A stretch of 64,000 nucleotides of DNA from a virus: the IMG/VR virus record IMGVR_UViG_3300045988_181536, positions 1 through 64,000 of that record; one strand, written 5' to 3'. Positions 48,883 to 60,426 of this stretch are shown piece after piece; position 1 is the first letter of the stretch; each line of letters begins with the position of its first letter. The translations under genes were made by a program, and so were the position numbers. A model generated the notes under the pieces. The model worked only from the letters and a program-made list of their open reading frames with translations, was not told the DNA's origin and did not search any database.

Positions 48883-50859
48883 ATGAATTTAACAGATTAC
48901 ATATCTTCCAATACCCCAGTAGATGCTACTAAACTTCGTGAATGCGAAGATAGAATGCGTATCTTGTTAATACGCGAATTTCCGGATACCGGATTTTCGC
49001 CAAACTCCGTAGTGGGGAAATTTTTAATTGAGCGCTTTGGCAAAATTGTAGCGCAAATTGAAACGGCCTTGGAATGTGTATTGTCGGATATGGATTTATT
49101 AAATGTTATCAATGGATCTGTATGTGACTGTGATTTTGTTACGGAATTTTTACGAGGTTTGGGTGTTGACAGTTTGGTTAACGCCAACACCACCGGCACC
49201 GCACGACTATCTTTTATAAACAATGGTCCTGAGAATACCGGCACAAATCCTTATGTTATGGATAAGGGTGAGTTGCTGCAATTTAATGATAATTATATCT
49301 TTAATTATGTAACTCCTAAAAATGCCAGTATTAAAATTTATCCTTATGGTTATACCGGAGCAGTTGATACCGACAGCAATTATTTCTTTTTATCGGTATC
49401 AAATGTAGCAAACGTAGGAGAATCGGATAACAATTTTCAACCGAATTTATACTTTGTAGACATTCCGATTGTCGGTCCATCAAATGCGGAAGTTAATGCA
49501 GGTGATGAAGCGGGGATTAATGAACATTTATCTTTCTTTGATGAAGTTGAATCGGTTGTTGCTGCATATGATATTGCGCCTTATGAATCTCCTACGAATC
49601 TTGCCGAGTTAATAGCTATATTTCAAAAAATTCAACCTTCGGCTAATTTTGCTACGCGCAATAATGTAGTGTCTTTTGTTGAGCAAAAATATCCAGGAAT
49701 TGCAGGAGTGTCTCCTACAAAAGTAGGGGATATCGAAATGGTTCGTACGGATAATAATCCGTTTTATGCATATTCCCCCGCTATTGACATTTGGGTTAAG
49801 GGAGATACTACGCTTCCAACTTGCTCGGAATATTTTAAATGCTACGTGTCAACGGATGAAAACGGCGTTAATACTTTTTACGGCACAACGAAACCTAGCG
49901 ATTTAAATCCCGCAGGGGATGCCAGCAACTTGCCCACAACAGCGCAAAAAACATTTATAAGATTAAATCACTATCCCATTGCTAGCGTTAATTTAAATAT
50001 TGCGGGCGAAGATGACGATGCGTTTTCAACTTCTACGACCATTGATACTTCCACGCTAAGCGTCAAGTTAAATCAGTGTACCGCACGTAAAAGTTATACA
50101 ACCTATCCTGCTACGGTTGAATGGGTTGTTGGAAGTGGTACTACTGACAGAGAAACAGTGCATGACTATGTACCGTATCAATTTTATAATTTTTCGGATA
50201 AATATTTTACCATGGCATTTAATTTTGCAGGGTGGAAAACAGGCACTTCAGGTGTTCAAACCTATTTTAATTTTCCTGCATCATTTATAAATGCAGATTT
50301 AAGCGATTATATAACAACTGAAACCGATCCTGAAACATCCACATCTAATAGCTATATTTGGATGCGCTACGACTATCAGTATGATCCGGTAATGGAATCA
50401 TTGGATTCTTTTGTCAAAAGCCCTGCTTGCGATCCTGCAATTTCAACTGAAGTTAAGGCTTGTTACTATTATTATATTACGGATTTTACGGTCAATTACT
50501 CTAAAGAAACAAATAAATTCTTTGATAGGCAAGCAGCTATTGAACGTATTTATGACTTAATGAATAGCTTAATATATCCATTAAGTTATTCAGATGCATA
50601 TATTTCTGACATAATGGTGTCTATGGGAGCATCAGGAGTGCAAAGCATAACGCCCACTGCAACACTCATGTTGGGATGCAGTAAGGATTATTTTGATTCT
50701 TCGGGGAATAAAATTGACGGAGATACAACCACTCAAGCTGTGACAACCTTTGATCCTGCAAATATAGATTTTCGTTTAAAACTTTATGGAGCAGGGCCCA
50801 GAACAATTTCAATGATTCTGCCAAGAGAGAATATTAACCTTGTTGAAAAACTTGTTTAA
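48883..50859 (+). CDS. putative baseplate wedge protein
   Basis: 658 aa. Assigned by size and position. Confidence 0.4.
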   Translation: MNLTDYISSNTPVDATKLRECEDRMRILLIREFPDTGFSPNSVVGKFLIERFGKIVAQIETALECVLSDMDLLNVINGSVCDCDFVTEFLRGLGVDSLVNANTTGTARLSFINNGPENTGTNPYVMDKGELLQFNDNYIFNYVTPKNASIKIYPYGYTGAVDTDSNYFFLSVSNVANVGESDNNFQPNLYFVDIPIVGPSNAEVNAGDEAGINEHLSFFDEVESVVAAYDIAPYESPTNLAELIAIFQKIQPSANFATRNNVVSFVEQKYPGIAGVSPTKVGDIEMVRTDNNPFYAYSPAIDIWVKGDTTLPTCSEYFKCYVSTDENGVNTFYGTTKPSDLNPAGDASNLPTTAQKTFIRLNHYPIASVNLNIAGEDDDAFSTSTTIDTSTLSVKLNQCTARKSYTTYPATVEWVVGSGTTDRETVHDYVPYQFYNFSDKYFTMAFNFAGWKTGTSGVQTYFNFPASFINADLSDYITTETDPETSTSNSYIWMRYDYQYDPVMESLDSFVKSPACDPAISTEVKACYYYYITDFTVNYSKETNKFFDRQAAIERIYDLMNSLIYPLSYSDAYISDIMVSMGASGVQSITPTATLMLGCSKDYFDSSGNKIDGDTTTQAVTTFDPANIDFRLKLYGAGPRTISMILPRENINLVEKLV

Positions 50860-52685
50860 TGGACGGAGACAATACAACACAAGCATACTTTGCAAGAAAT
50901 TCCGCAGTTAATACTGATATAAACTTTGCGGAATGCGGTAGTTTTTGGCATCAGCTGTTAAAAGGCAAAACAAGGCAAGCGGCCAAAACAATGTCGAAAA
51001 TGCCTATGTTGTCATCCGCATTTACAGATGTAAACAACAGTTGGGCTAATATTTATAATGATGATAAAAATTTATATCTGACGAATAGGGAATATTTCTT
51101 TAAGTTGTCAGATGTAAAATTTTTAATCTGTGACAATGCTGACTCGGTTGATTTAAATACTGCTTTAAATGCAGAAACTTCTAAAGTATATAACTTTAAT
51201 GTAGATTCATTAACTCTTTATTTAAGCGAATCTACGCAATTTTCTGATAATCAATCTATTGTATTATTAATTCCTTTTGATTCCAGCGACGATGAGTCCG
51301 AATTAAAAGATTTGGAATTATTCAGCATTCAATCCTGGGATCAGACTGAAAATACAAGCAATACAACGTTTCTAAATGTTTTTTATGCTGGAGTGCATTT
51401 TCGCCAATCTGAAAAATATGTCGGATTTTTATTGCCATTATCTGCGGGTTTAACGCTATCGGACTTTACCGACACCTCTAAAACTAAATCTGAAAGAGCA
51501 AATCTGCTTTGGGATTTCTTTTTAACGCATTTTAAATATGACGGGATTAATGGCAGTTTTATTTATAATGCTAAAGTTAGAGGGCAAAACAAATATCGCA
51601 AATCTATTTATAATGCGATAATTGGTTTAAGCAATATACCTATAGGCATTGAAGCTCTGCAGGCTAGCAATTATGTAAAAGGTTCCGACCAAAGCGTAGT
51701 AAACTTTGGAAAAACATTAAATGCCATGTTTGGAGGAACTGCGGTAGATTTTCAATGCGACTTAACTGCAGAAAATATTGCAAATGCTTATTATTTAGGG
51801 AATGGATTTTATGCTTATAAGCTTGTTAACAAAGTAGTGGGTGTGCCACCCTTTGCCGCAGAAGATTTGGTGATGCGCACATCTCAAAATCCTAATTCTT
51901 TAAACACTGTTTATTTTAAAATTTCCGTAAATGAAGATGCGCAAAATCCGCAAATTGAGTTTTTACAAGCTGAAGTTTTAAAGCGTACGCAACAATATAC
52001 GATAATTACAAAAGGCAAAACCAATATTTCACAAGATACTACCTTATATCCTGGAGATTATCTTGTTAATCCTATTAATGTATACTACAATAACGGTAAA
52101 GATTATTGGTGGGATCCTTCGCGTACAAATAATACTCCGGGAGCTTGTTGGACAACGGAAAACATTGAAGGAAATCCTTACTCAATAGGATTGCCTTTTG
52201 ATACACTTAGTTCTTCTTGGAAAATATTATGGGATAGAAATCGATATACTATTGATTACAAGGCTACGGGTTATGTAACTTATAATGATAGGAAAATATT
52301 AACCGATACACTAGAAAATTATAATTACTTTTATATAGACGGCGCATCTACATTTAATTCCAGCAGGTTTATAACATATGCTTTAGCCTTACGCTACGGA
52401 GTTAACTGGAAAGATGGAAAATTGAAGTATCTATTAAATGACTATACTTCGACGACTCAACTTGATTGGTTTTTTAAATATATTATTTCTAATGCGGTAA
52501 TTATAGAAATAAATATTGAGGTTTTAAAATCATTATATGATAATATATCTAAAATTTTAAATGCCATTCAACAAGCTGGAGTTTCATTATGCCCTATTGG
52601 TATGATTCCGATATTTAAAATAAATAAAGGAAATAAAGGAAATTATCAATGGGTTGATCCCAGATGGTATACACCTGATAGCTAA
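50859..52685 (+). CDS. putative baseplate wedge protein
   Basis: 608 aa. ATGG overlap with the upstream stop. Confidence 0.4.
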   Translation: MDGDNTTQAYFARNSAVNTDINFAECGSFWHQLLKGKTRQAAKTMSKMPMLSSAFTDVNNSWANIYNDDKNLYLTNREYFFKLSDVKFLICDNADSVDLNTALNAETSKVYNFNVDSLTLYLSESTQFSDNQSIVLLIPFDSSDDESELKDLELFSIQSWDQTENTSNTTFLNVFYAGVHFRQSEKYVGFLLPLSAGLTLSDFTDTSKTKSERANLLWDFFLTHFKYDGINGSFIYNAKVRGQNKYRKSIYNAIIGLSNIPIGIEALQASNYVKGSDQSVVNFGKTLNAMFGGTAVDFQCDLTAENIANAYYLGNGFYAYKLVNKVVGVPPFAAEDLVMRTSQNPNSLNTVYFKISVNEDAQNPQIEFLQAEVLKRTQQYTIITKGKTNISQDTTLYPGDYLVNPINVYYNNGKDYWWDPSRTNNTPGACWTTENIEGNPYSIGLPFDTLSSSWKILWDRNRYTIDYKATGYVTYNDRKILTDTLENYNYFYIDGASTFNSSRFITYALALRYGVNWKDGKLKYLLNDYTSTTQLDWFFKYIISNAVIIEINIEVLKSLYDNISKILNAIQQAGVSLCPIGMIPIFKINKGNKGNYQWVDPRWYTPDS

Positions 52686-52688
52686 AAA

Positions 52689-53135
52689 ATGAGCGCCCCA
52701 TCAAATAATACCAGTGTTACGTTAACCAAGTCTGATACGACCAAGACCGACTTGTCTTGGATTGCCAATATAAGCGGTTTTCCTGTAAAAGTAACTGCTA
52801 CTGGAACAGGAATGCTTGAAGGAGGTTATGTATTTGTCAAACAATTGACGGGAACAGGTTTAGATCCTAACCAAGGCGATATGTTTAATAGAATTGCATC
52901 CGTGCCTGATATAACGGATTTGCCTACTATTGAAACTATAGAAAGTATGAATGAATCCGATATTCAAGGATTAATTACGCCGTTTTATAGGGATAACACA
53001 ATAGAACTATTTTTTGAAACTCCGGAACTTGCAGAAAGAGGTTGGCAAATAATTAAATCCGATACACAATTATTGGTAGATAATTTAAAATTAATAGATG
53101 TTATTCAACCCTCTGAAACTATAACCATTTCTTGA
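52689..53135 (+). CDS. hypothetical tail protein
   Basis: 148 aa. Confidence 0.4.
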   Translation: MSAPSNNTSVTLTKSDTTKTDLSWIANISGFPVKVTATGTGMLEGGYVFVKQLTGTGLDPNQGDMFNRIASVPDITDLPTIETIESMNESDIQGLITPFYRDNTIELFFETPELAERGWQIIKSDTQLLVDNLKLIDVIQPSETITIS

Positions 53136-53138
53136 CGT

Positions 53139-53858
53139 ATGAGTAGCGGCAGTGACGAAATTTGTTATGTAACAGCATTACCTGGCATTATGGATCCTTC
53201 TACATCCGAGGTTGGATCATCGTCTAAAAATTCTGCCAATAAGGAGTACACAGATCCTAACGGGGATTTAAATATTTTCATAGACGGTCCTTATAATGCA
53301 GCTGAAACGGATTTTGACAGTTTGCGATTTAAGGTTTTTATATCCAAAGAAGATGCCAGAAACAAATGTGTTGTTTTAGATAAAACTTCAGCGGCGGCAT
53401 CGAGTGACGACGAGTCAATTGATCCTACGGAAGTAATTATTTATTACGAAACGGATGACAGTAATGCTGATTACGAAAATTTATATTTAAGAATCAAACA
53501 TCAACAATTAATGTTGGCACGCGGCACATATGTAGTTCGTGTATTTAAAAAAGTTCTGGAAGATGCTAATGAGGAAGATGATACCACGGATGGTTATGAA
53601 CAAATCCGTGTGTTTACCTTAACTGTAAGGTCAAATCCCATTCAAGGAAACTGTGTTAACAACAAATATTTATCTACTGCGTTTCAAGGAGGCAATTTAA
53701 TCAATCGGGGCGACGGGTGGAATGACTATAATAAATCTTGCGGTTGCGGCAGCATTTCTGTTGCAAAACAATTAATGGCTTTAGGTTATTGTAAAATAAG
53801 CCAAGAATTGGATGAAATAAATGGCGAGCAACCTAACGATCAGGAGACCAATCCTTAA
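53139..53858 (+). CDS. hypothetical acidic tail protein
   Basis: 239 aa with acidic runs. Confidence 0.4.
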   Translation: MSSGSDEICYVTALPGIMDPSTSEVGSSSKNSANKEYTDPNGDLNIFIDGPYNAAETDFDSLRFKVFISKEDARNKCVVLDKTSAAASSDDESIDPTEVIIYYETDDSNADYENLYLRIKHQQLMLARGTYVVRVFKKVLEDANEEDDTTDGYEQIRVFTLTVRSNPIQGNCVNNKYLSTAFQGGNLINRGDGWNDYNKSCGCGSISVAKQLMALGYCKISQELDEINGEQPNDQETNP

Positions 53859-55498
53859 TGTCCGAATGTTTAACTCCAACAAATTGTAAAGCAAAGTCTT
53901 TAGTAACAAAATGCGGTAGCGTATCTGAAAAGTTTGCATATCTGATGCAGACTAAAGATTTAATGCGTAAAATGTTAATTTCCAAAGGTCAAGATGTGCC
54001 TAAGGACTTGCCTTTTCGCGATTATATAGAAAAGATTGCTGCTTTAGTTCCTACCACGGATGTCGTTACTTCTATAATTGATTATAAAGGCGACACCCAT
54101 AAAGGCGATGTAACTGTAGATAAAAACTTTATTAATTTATCTAATGTAGACAATACTGCCGATATTGATAAACCGATTTCGACGGCAACGCAGGAAGCTT
54201 TAGATTTAAAGCAAAATATTACTGACGATAGTCTGGAGACTGAGGCTAAAACAATTGTCGGCGCTATTAACGAATTAGACGGTGAAGTTGCAACTAACAC
54301 TGCAAACATAGGAACACTGCAAACCACTGTCGGTAATGCAGAATCCGGTCTCGTAAAAGACGTTGCTGATAACACTAAGGCAATTGGAACCTTACAAACC
54401 TCACTTGCAGGCAAGCAAGATGCCATGATATCGGTTAACATTCAAGGCGAAGCTAAAACGACAATCCCTGATGCTTTAACTTCCTTAGATACAGCTCTTA
54501 CCGCAGTTAAAACAACTGCTGATGGCGCCGCTAAGGTTGATGCGTCCAATATCGTACCGGCTACGTGGAAAGGCGTTTTAGGTTATCAGTCAGCCAGTGA
54601 TGTAAGCGCAGCTGTCATTGCGGGTGTTACAACCAATACCTATGATGACAATCTGGATACCACGGCCAAGACAATTGTCGGTGCCATTAATGAAATCAAT
54701 ACCAGTAATTCTGGAAAACAAGACAGCAGCATTTCTATAGAGGGTATAACTGCTGACACTGTTGAAGGTGCTTTGACTGAACTTGATACGGATATATCTG
54801 CGTTGCAAAATAAGACGCAGAATATAAGTCAAGCTTCATCCGGATCTACTCAGTTTACTGGAACAGTCCAAGCTGATACGTTTTCGGGCACCACGATTAG
54901 TGGACAAACGATCACAGCAGGTACCCAGTTAACTGTTAATGGCTCAGTAACGGGTTCTGCCATTCAGACCACACTAAGCGCTTCTTCGACGGATCAACAG
55001 CTGCCTTCTGCGAAAGCTGTATACGACGGCTTGGCTGCAAAGCAAGATGCACTGACATACTATGAAGAAAGTACAGCTAGCGGTGGTTCCGTAACCGTAG
55101 GCGCTACCACACAAGCTGAAACTCCTCCGAGTGCTGTAACAGTAGCTAATGCTAATATAAGCGTACAGCTAACCACCTCAACGTTAGATACAATTAACAC
55201 AAATGGTGGCATAGTAAATCGTGAAACTGCTTTTAAATCGACGAGTCAAACAGGGTCGATTACCATACCATCAAATGTTAGTAGCTTGGCCGGATACAAA
55301 GTCGTATTTGACACCATAGCGTCAGAGGGTGGCGCCAAGTCCCGTACGGTCTTTGAATATGATGCAACTAATAACGTTTGGTATCGTGAAGTAATATTTG
55401 GAACAGGCACTTCAATTACTTCGATGAGTGGTGGCACTGTAAACTATGATTTAGGTGTTGCTGTTAGCAGCGCTAATATTGTGGTTTCCATGCTTTAA
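53858..55498 (+). CDS. tail fibre protein with KTIVGAINEL-type repeats
   Basis: ETEAKTIVGAINELDGEVATNTANIGTLQ and TTAKTIVGAINEINTSNSGKQD. Ser/Thr/Ala-rich fibrous composition. A terminator follows. Confidence 0.55.
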   Translation: MSECLTPTNCKAKSLVTKCGSVSEKFAYLMQTKDLMRKMLISKGQDVPKDLPFRDYIEKIAALVPTTDVVTSIIDYKGDTHKGDVTVDKNFINLSNVDNTADIDKPISTATQEALDLKQNITDDSLETEAKTIVGAINELDGEVATNTANIGTLQTTVGNAESGLVKDVADNTKAIGTLQTSLAGKQDAMISVNIQGEAKTTIPDALTSLDTALTAVKTTADGAAKVDASNIVPATWKGVLGYQSASDVSAAVIAGVTTNTYDDNLDTTAKTIVGAINEINTSNSGKQDSSISIEGITADTVEGALTELDTDISALQNKTQNISQASSGSTQFTGTVQADTFSGTTISGQTITAGTQLTVNGSVTGSAIQTTLSASSTDQQLPSAKAVYDGLAAKQDALTYYEESTASGGSVTVGATTQAETPPSAVTVANANISVQLTTSTLDTINTNGGIVNRETAFKSTSQTGSITIPSNVSSLAGYKVVFDTIASEGGAKSRTVFEYDATNNVWYREVIFGTGTSITSMSGGTVNYDLGVAVSSANIVVSML

Positions 55499-55521
55499 AC
55501 GTAAATCATATTATTTCTTAC

Positions 55522-55554
55522 AACTCCGAGAGGTTTCTCTCGGAGTTTTTTGTT
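55522..55554 (+). terminator. rho-independent terminator (aactccgagag gttt ctctcggagtt + ttttgttg)
   Basis: 11-bp perfect stem read directly. Confidence 0.65.
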
Positions 55555-55605
55555 GCATTCTGATTACGCCTATGGCAAGCTAAACATAAATTCCATTAAA
55601 ACTAA

Positions 55606-58600
55606 ATGAGTACTCCTGTTACCACTTACGATAAACGACCTGTAATTGTTTCTCCCACTGCTCCAACATCTTTGGAACAATTAAGATATTTATGGTTAGA
55701 TATTTCTGAAACGACTCCTGTATTAAGATACTATAATAGTACCGGAATATGGGAAGCTATAAATGGTATCGATACCAGTAGTTTCTTAACAACCAATGGC
55801 GTTCAAACAATTACCGGAGCTAAGACCTTTAATACAGGAACCATTACAGTAGCGGATATTACTGTAAACGATGTTACTATAGAAGGTATCGATACCATTA
55901 AACTTACAGATGACGATACACATGTTCCGACATCTAAATTAGTAGAAGATACCTTGGTTAGTGCTATTTCCGGTTTAGAAACTTCTATTGATGGAAAATT
56001 AGCAACAAAAGCAAATACTGCTGACGTAGTATTAAAGACTGATATATCCACATCTATCCCAAGCGCAGGTGCAGTTGACACTAAGGTTGCTTCAGAAAAA
56101 GCTGTTGCAGATAGCTTAACAGCAAAGCAGAATACTCTTAAGTATTATTCTGAAGGAACTAATACTGTAACAATTGAGACACCAATTTACCCAAATACTA
56201 ATGTGTCCATCAAAGCCGGTGCTACTGGTTTAGAAATGGGGCATGGTTCCTCGGGTACCTCAACAACAGTGAAGCTTGGTGTTTTCAGCGCGGACACAGT
56301 ATCCCAGGGACTCACTGTCGCAGGGGGAGACGTAGATATTGTAGGTGACTTCCATATAAATGGATCTAGCCCCGACGTTACTACAATTGTTGATAGCATA
56401 AACATGGAAGGTGGTGGGGAAAATGCATTACCTACTGCAAACGCCGTGCGTGTTGCTGTTAACCAAATAAAGACCGACTTAGGATCAGCATTAACCTATA
56501 AGGGCAGTGTTGATACCTATGATCAACTCCCAGAAGAAGCTGCAGTAGGTGACACATGGAATGTTGCACAAGCATATCAAACATACCCCGCAGGTACAAA
56601 CTATGCGTGGACTGGCACCGCTTGGGACGCACTTGGTGGCTCGGTAGACCTCAGTGGATATCAAACAAAGTCAGATGATACACTTGCCACTTCTGCTAAA
56701 ACTGTGGTGGGTGCTATCAATGAAGTTAATACTACATTATCAAACAAACAAAATAAATTACTTTATTATTCTGAAACACCAGGAGATGCTCCTTCTGCTA
56801 CTATTTCTGTAACGAATATTAATCTTAGAGGTAGTGTTGCTGAAGGTTATAGTACAACCGCTTCAGGTCTATATTCTCATGCTGAAGGAAGTGGGACTGA
56901 AGCATCTGGAAATTATTCGCACTCTGAAGGATATAATACAAAAGCGAGTGCTAATTTTCAACATGTTTTAGGATTTTATAATATTGAAGATACTAATATT
57001 ACGCCATATATACCTGAAACAGCAAATCCTGTAGATACTAAAGGAATATATGCAACTATCATAGGTAATGGTCATTCAATTGATGAAAGAAGTAATGCTC
57101 AAACTGTATCTTGGACAGGTATTACTTGGTCTCAAACAGACGTAAGAGCTGGGGGAACCGATCAGGATTCAGCTACACATTCTTTAGCAGCTAAACAAAA
57201 TGCTACAGATAATTCACTTGAAACTACAGACAAAACTATTGTAGGAGCTATCAATGAATTAAAAACAGACAAACAGAACACATTAAAATATTATAGTGAG
57301 TCAGACTCTTCCACAGATCCATCCAGTAATAATGCGCAGGTTTCCATATCGGTAGGTTCTGATTATGAAGGAACTTTGAACTTAGGATCAGACTCTAGTA
57401 ATGGGATTCAAACTATTAATATTGGAGGTAGCGCAAACACTCGAAATATAAATATCGGTACAAAAGTTTGTGGAGAGAATAATACCGTTACAATTGGAAA
57501 TACCTCGGATGGTGTGTCCCTTACTATTAATGCACAGAGATCTCTTACATTAAATACTTCAGAAAACAGTGACCTACAGGGAACTGGAATTGCTAGAGAA
57601 GTAGCAGAAGCACCTACTAACAGAAAGCTTACCACAGAAAAAGCGGTTGCCTATAACACAAGCTTTAAAAAGGAAATAAATAAAATATATTTTAATAGTG
57701 GTAAGATTAATAATGACGTATTTCAACTTCCAAAGTTTCCTTTTACTATATGTGTAACGTGCAAGGTAGATAGTTGGTATTTTGATGTGTCAGAGAATGG
57801 ACAGCCTCTATTTCAGTTTGGAAATGGTTATAGAGTGACTACTTCCCCATGGGGGGGATTATATTTCCGTGATAATACTGATAGCCCTAAGGTTGCACTT
57901 GCTATCAGTGGAAGTACCACGGGAAACGAAACATACTTGTCAGAATATTTTGCGAGTTTAGGTAATATCGACGATTTTCTTGGAAAAAAACATACTATAG
58001 TTGCCATTGCAAGAGATCCAGGTGATAATCCCACGCGTCCGAATTGGAATATCTATTTAGACGGAGTAGAGGTTACAACTATCGCAGGTGCATCCAATAA
58101 GTTTAACGAAAACGCCACACCTCTTAATGTTCCTACACATTTTGTGGTAAATACAAGCAATCTAAACTTCTGGAATCAGCCAGCTTCAGACAATCCCCTT
58201 GAAATTTATGATATTAGTCTTTTTGATTTTGATTTGTCTGAAGAAGGAAGTGCATATAGTGTTTTAGATTACGCAAATGGCAAACTTATACCGCCAGAGT
58301 TATATGTAGAAGACATAACGTCTACATCTAATAAGCTTTGGTTTAAAGTTGATCCACAAATTTATGAATTTGGTGGAAAAAGAATATTAAAAGATCTTTC
58401 ACTGCATGGATTCGACTGCTATGTGTCCACAGCAGATAACACTGTGGCTACAGATGCAGATGCATCATATGACACTTTAATGAGTAAGGTGGATGACCAT
58501 CTTCTACCAAGCTGGATAGATAAAAAGGCTTCGCCTCAGCTTTATCTAGAACGCGGGGTTCTAAGTGTGCCAGAACTTGCCAATTATCCATTTAAATGGC

Positions 58601-60372
58601 CATTAACCTTAGCAATAGAATATGAGTTAGAATCTCTCACCGTAGGAAATGCTACAAATCAAAATTGTGTTTTCTTTAACTACTGGGATATTGAATGGAG
58701 TGACCCTGCACAACTCAAAGGATTTCGTTTAGAACTGATAGATAATGGAAGGCTATATTTATATTTAGGACATCCAAATGAGATAATATCTACAGAGCAA
58801 TTTGTAGCGTATACAACCAACGGAGGTAAAGGCATACCTACTGGAAAGCATACGATTGTGGTATGCATAGGTGGAGAAGTTGTAAATGGAGGCCCAGAGT
58901 ATCTTAAGATGTATCTAGATGGAAATGAACTAGATACTACTGTGGTAACGAAAACATTAAGTGGAAATAATCTTGCAGGAACAAGACCCCTGAGCATATG
59001 CAGTACTTGGAACTACTCTAATCCATCAACAACAGGAGGCGTATTAGTACCAATTAACATAGCAAGACCTTATATTTTTAACTTTAGAATAGATGACAAC
59101 TATACTCCATACACTCTTGAGGATTATGTTAAAGGTGTATGCTTGCCCGCAGAGATAACTCTCGGAAATCCAAATTTTACGTTTGGATCTATTTATGGTA
59201 ATGGTTGGTCAACAACAGACAACGGAACAAAAATAACTGTAACAAGTGCAAATACAACTTGGCCTGCTTTGTTTGCTAATGTGATTCCAAGGGGTTACTG
59301 CTGGAAATCCATATTAGACGTGAATCTAACATTTTCTGGAAACGCGGTGTTTGAAATATACACCCAATGCAAAAAAACTTACATTGAAGTTTATAATTAT
59401 TCCACCGGGGTAACAACCTTGTTTAGCTCCACAGGAAGAGAAGGAGGATGGGGCGGAGGAAATCCCTTTGGATTAAGCAGCTCTGGTCATTATAAAATAA
59501 CAATTTATGGTCACTATTCTACTGGTAAAAATACTGCAAATTTTGCAATAGGTCCTTTATCAAGTGGCACAATAACACGCACTGAAGTTAATCTGCAGTA
59601 CACAATTTTAGCCCCAGAGTCTTATACCATAACGGAGTATGACCAAGTAGATATAGCTTCACCATCTACATATAGTAATATGCAGATACGCTCAGTTGCA
59701 AGCAAGGTTTCAACTTCGATAAGCGGCGATGAAATAAAAATTACTGTAAATGAAGATTTGTCAGGTAATGCTTTGGCAATTTACTTCCCTGGATATGCGG
59801 AAATCGGAACCGAAAGATCATTATCCAGTGTCATAACCAGTCTAAGTGATTCTATTAAATCTATATATATTAGAGCTGCTCAAAATCAAAACTCAGATTT
59901 TGGTAGCCCATCTATGGTATTAACCTCTGACGTTCCGCAAAGAAGTATGACATTTTCTGAAGCAACTTCCATTAGCGGTATAGGGGTTACAATTTTATAT
60001 AACGGGTCAAATATATCTTCTGGTACTGTATTTACAATTAAAGGGCTACAAGTATCTGCAGACACACGTAAGATTATACCGGATTCTTCTGGAAATAATT
60101 ATACGGTGCTTGCTGTTGAATCTGGAAATATTAGTGGCACCAATGAGTATTGGACTGGTATAGTACGGGGTACTTCTGACAATGCACTATCTGTAACTGA
60201 GACTGCATTAAAAAAGAAACCACTAACATCTTTACAATTTAATGTGTATGGTACGGACAAAAAAATAATACCAGGAAAATATATGCGCTTAATATTTTCA
60301 CAAGATAGCAATGGCAATGTAACTCCAACATATATTTCTGAAGAAGAATGGAATGACGTTTATGACGTATAG
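55606..60372 (+). CDS. large tail fibre / receptor-binding protein (1588 aa)
   Basis: Same repeat family as the upstream fibre: TSAKTVVGAINEVNTTLSNKQNKLLYYSE, TTDKTIVGAINELKTDKQNTLKYYSE, LTAKQNTLKYYSEGT. The long C-terminal beta-rich region is consistent with receptor-binding domains. Confidence 0.55.
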   Translation: MSTPVTTYDKRPVIVSPTAPTSLEQLRYLWLDISETTPVLRYYNSTGIWEAINGIDTSSFLTTNGVQTITGAKTFNTGTITVADITVNDVTIEGIDTIKLTDDDTHVPTSKLVEDTLVSAISGLETSIDGKLATKANTADVVLKTDISTSIPSAGAVDTKVASEKAVADSLTAKQNTLKYYSEGTNTVTIETPIYPNTNVSIKAGATGLEMGHGSSGTSTTVKLGVFSADTVSQGLTVAGGDVDIVGDFHINGSSPDVTTIVDSINMEGGGENALPTANAVRVAVNQIKTDLGSALTYKGSVDTYDQLPEEAAVGDTWNVAQAYQTYPAGTNYAWTGTAWDALGGSVDLSGYQTKSDDTLATSAKTVVGAINEVNTTLSNKQNKLLYYSETPGDAPSATISVTNINLRGSVAEGYSTTASGLYSHAEGSGTEASGNYSHSEGYNTKASANFQHVLGFYNIEDTNITPYIPETANPVDTKGIYATIIGNGHSIDERSNAQTVSWTGITWSQTDVRAGGTDQDSATHSLAAKQNATDNSLETTDKTIVGAINELKTDKQNTLKYYSESDSSTDPSSNNAQVSISVGSDYEGTLNLGSDSSNGIQTINIGGSANTRNINIGTKVCGENNTVTIGNTSDGVSLTINAQRSLTLNTSENSDLQGTGIAREVAEAPTNRKLTTEKAVAYNTSFKKEINKIYFNSGKINNDVFQLPKFPFTICVTCKVDSWYFDVSENGQPLFQFGNGYRVTTSPWGGLYFRDNTDSPKVALAISGSTTGNETYLSEYFASLGNIDDFLGKKHTIVAIARDPGDNPTRPNWNIYLDGVEVTTIAGASNKFNENATPLNVPTHFVVNTSNLNFWNQPASDNPLEIYDISLFDFDLSEEGSAYSVLDYANGKLIPPELYVEDITSTSNKLWFKVDPQIYEFGGKRILKDLSLHGFDCYVSTADNTVATDADASYDTLMSKVDDHLLPSWIDKKASPQLYLERGVLSVPELANYPFKWPLTLAIEYELESLTVGNATNQNCVFFNYWDIEWSDPAQLKGFRLELIDNGRLYLYLGHPNEIISTEQFVAYTTNGGKGIPTGKHTIVVCIGGEVVNGGPEYLKMYLDGNELDTTVVTKTLSGNNLAGTRPLSICSTWNYSNPSTTGGVLVPINIARPYIFNFRIDDNYTPYTLEDYVKGVCLPAEITLGNPNFTFGSIYGNGWSTTDNGTKITVTSANTTWPALFANVIPRGYCWKSILDVNLTFSGNAVFEIYTQCKKTYIEVYNYSTGVTTLFSSTGREGGWGGGNPFGLSSSGHYKITIYGHYSTGKNTANFAIGPLSSGTITRTEVNLQYTILAPESYTITEYDQVDIASPSTYSNMQIRSVASKVSTSISGDEIKITVNEDLSGNALAIYFPGYAEIGTERSLSSVITSLSDSIKSIYIRAAQNQNSDFGSPSMVLTSDVPQRSMTFSEATSISGIGVTILYNGSNISSGTVFTIKGLQVSADTRKIIPDSSGNNYTVLAVESGNISGTNEYWTGIVRGTSDNALSVTETALKKKPLTSLQFNVYGTDKKIIPGKYMRLIFSQDSNGNVTPTYISEEEWNDVYDV

Positions 60373-60381
60373 ATAAAACAA

Positions 60382-60403
60382 GCCCACGCTTTAAAGCGTG
60401 GGC
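60382..60403 (+). terminator. GC-rich palindromic hairpin (gcccacgc tttaaa gcgtgggc) without a clean U-tract
   Basis: Read directly, after the large fibre gene. Confidence 0.35.
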
Positions 60404-60426
60404 AAATTTGAAATAAATAAAAAGAA

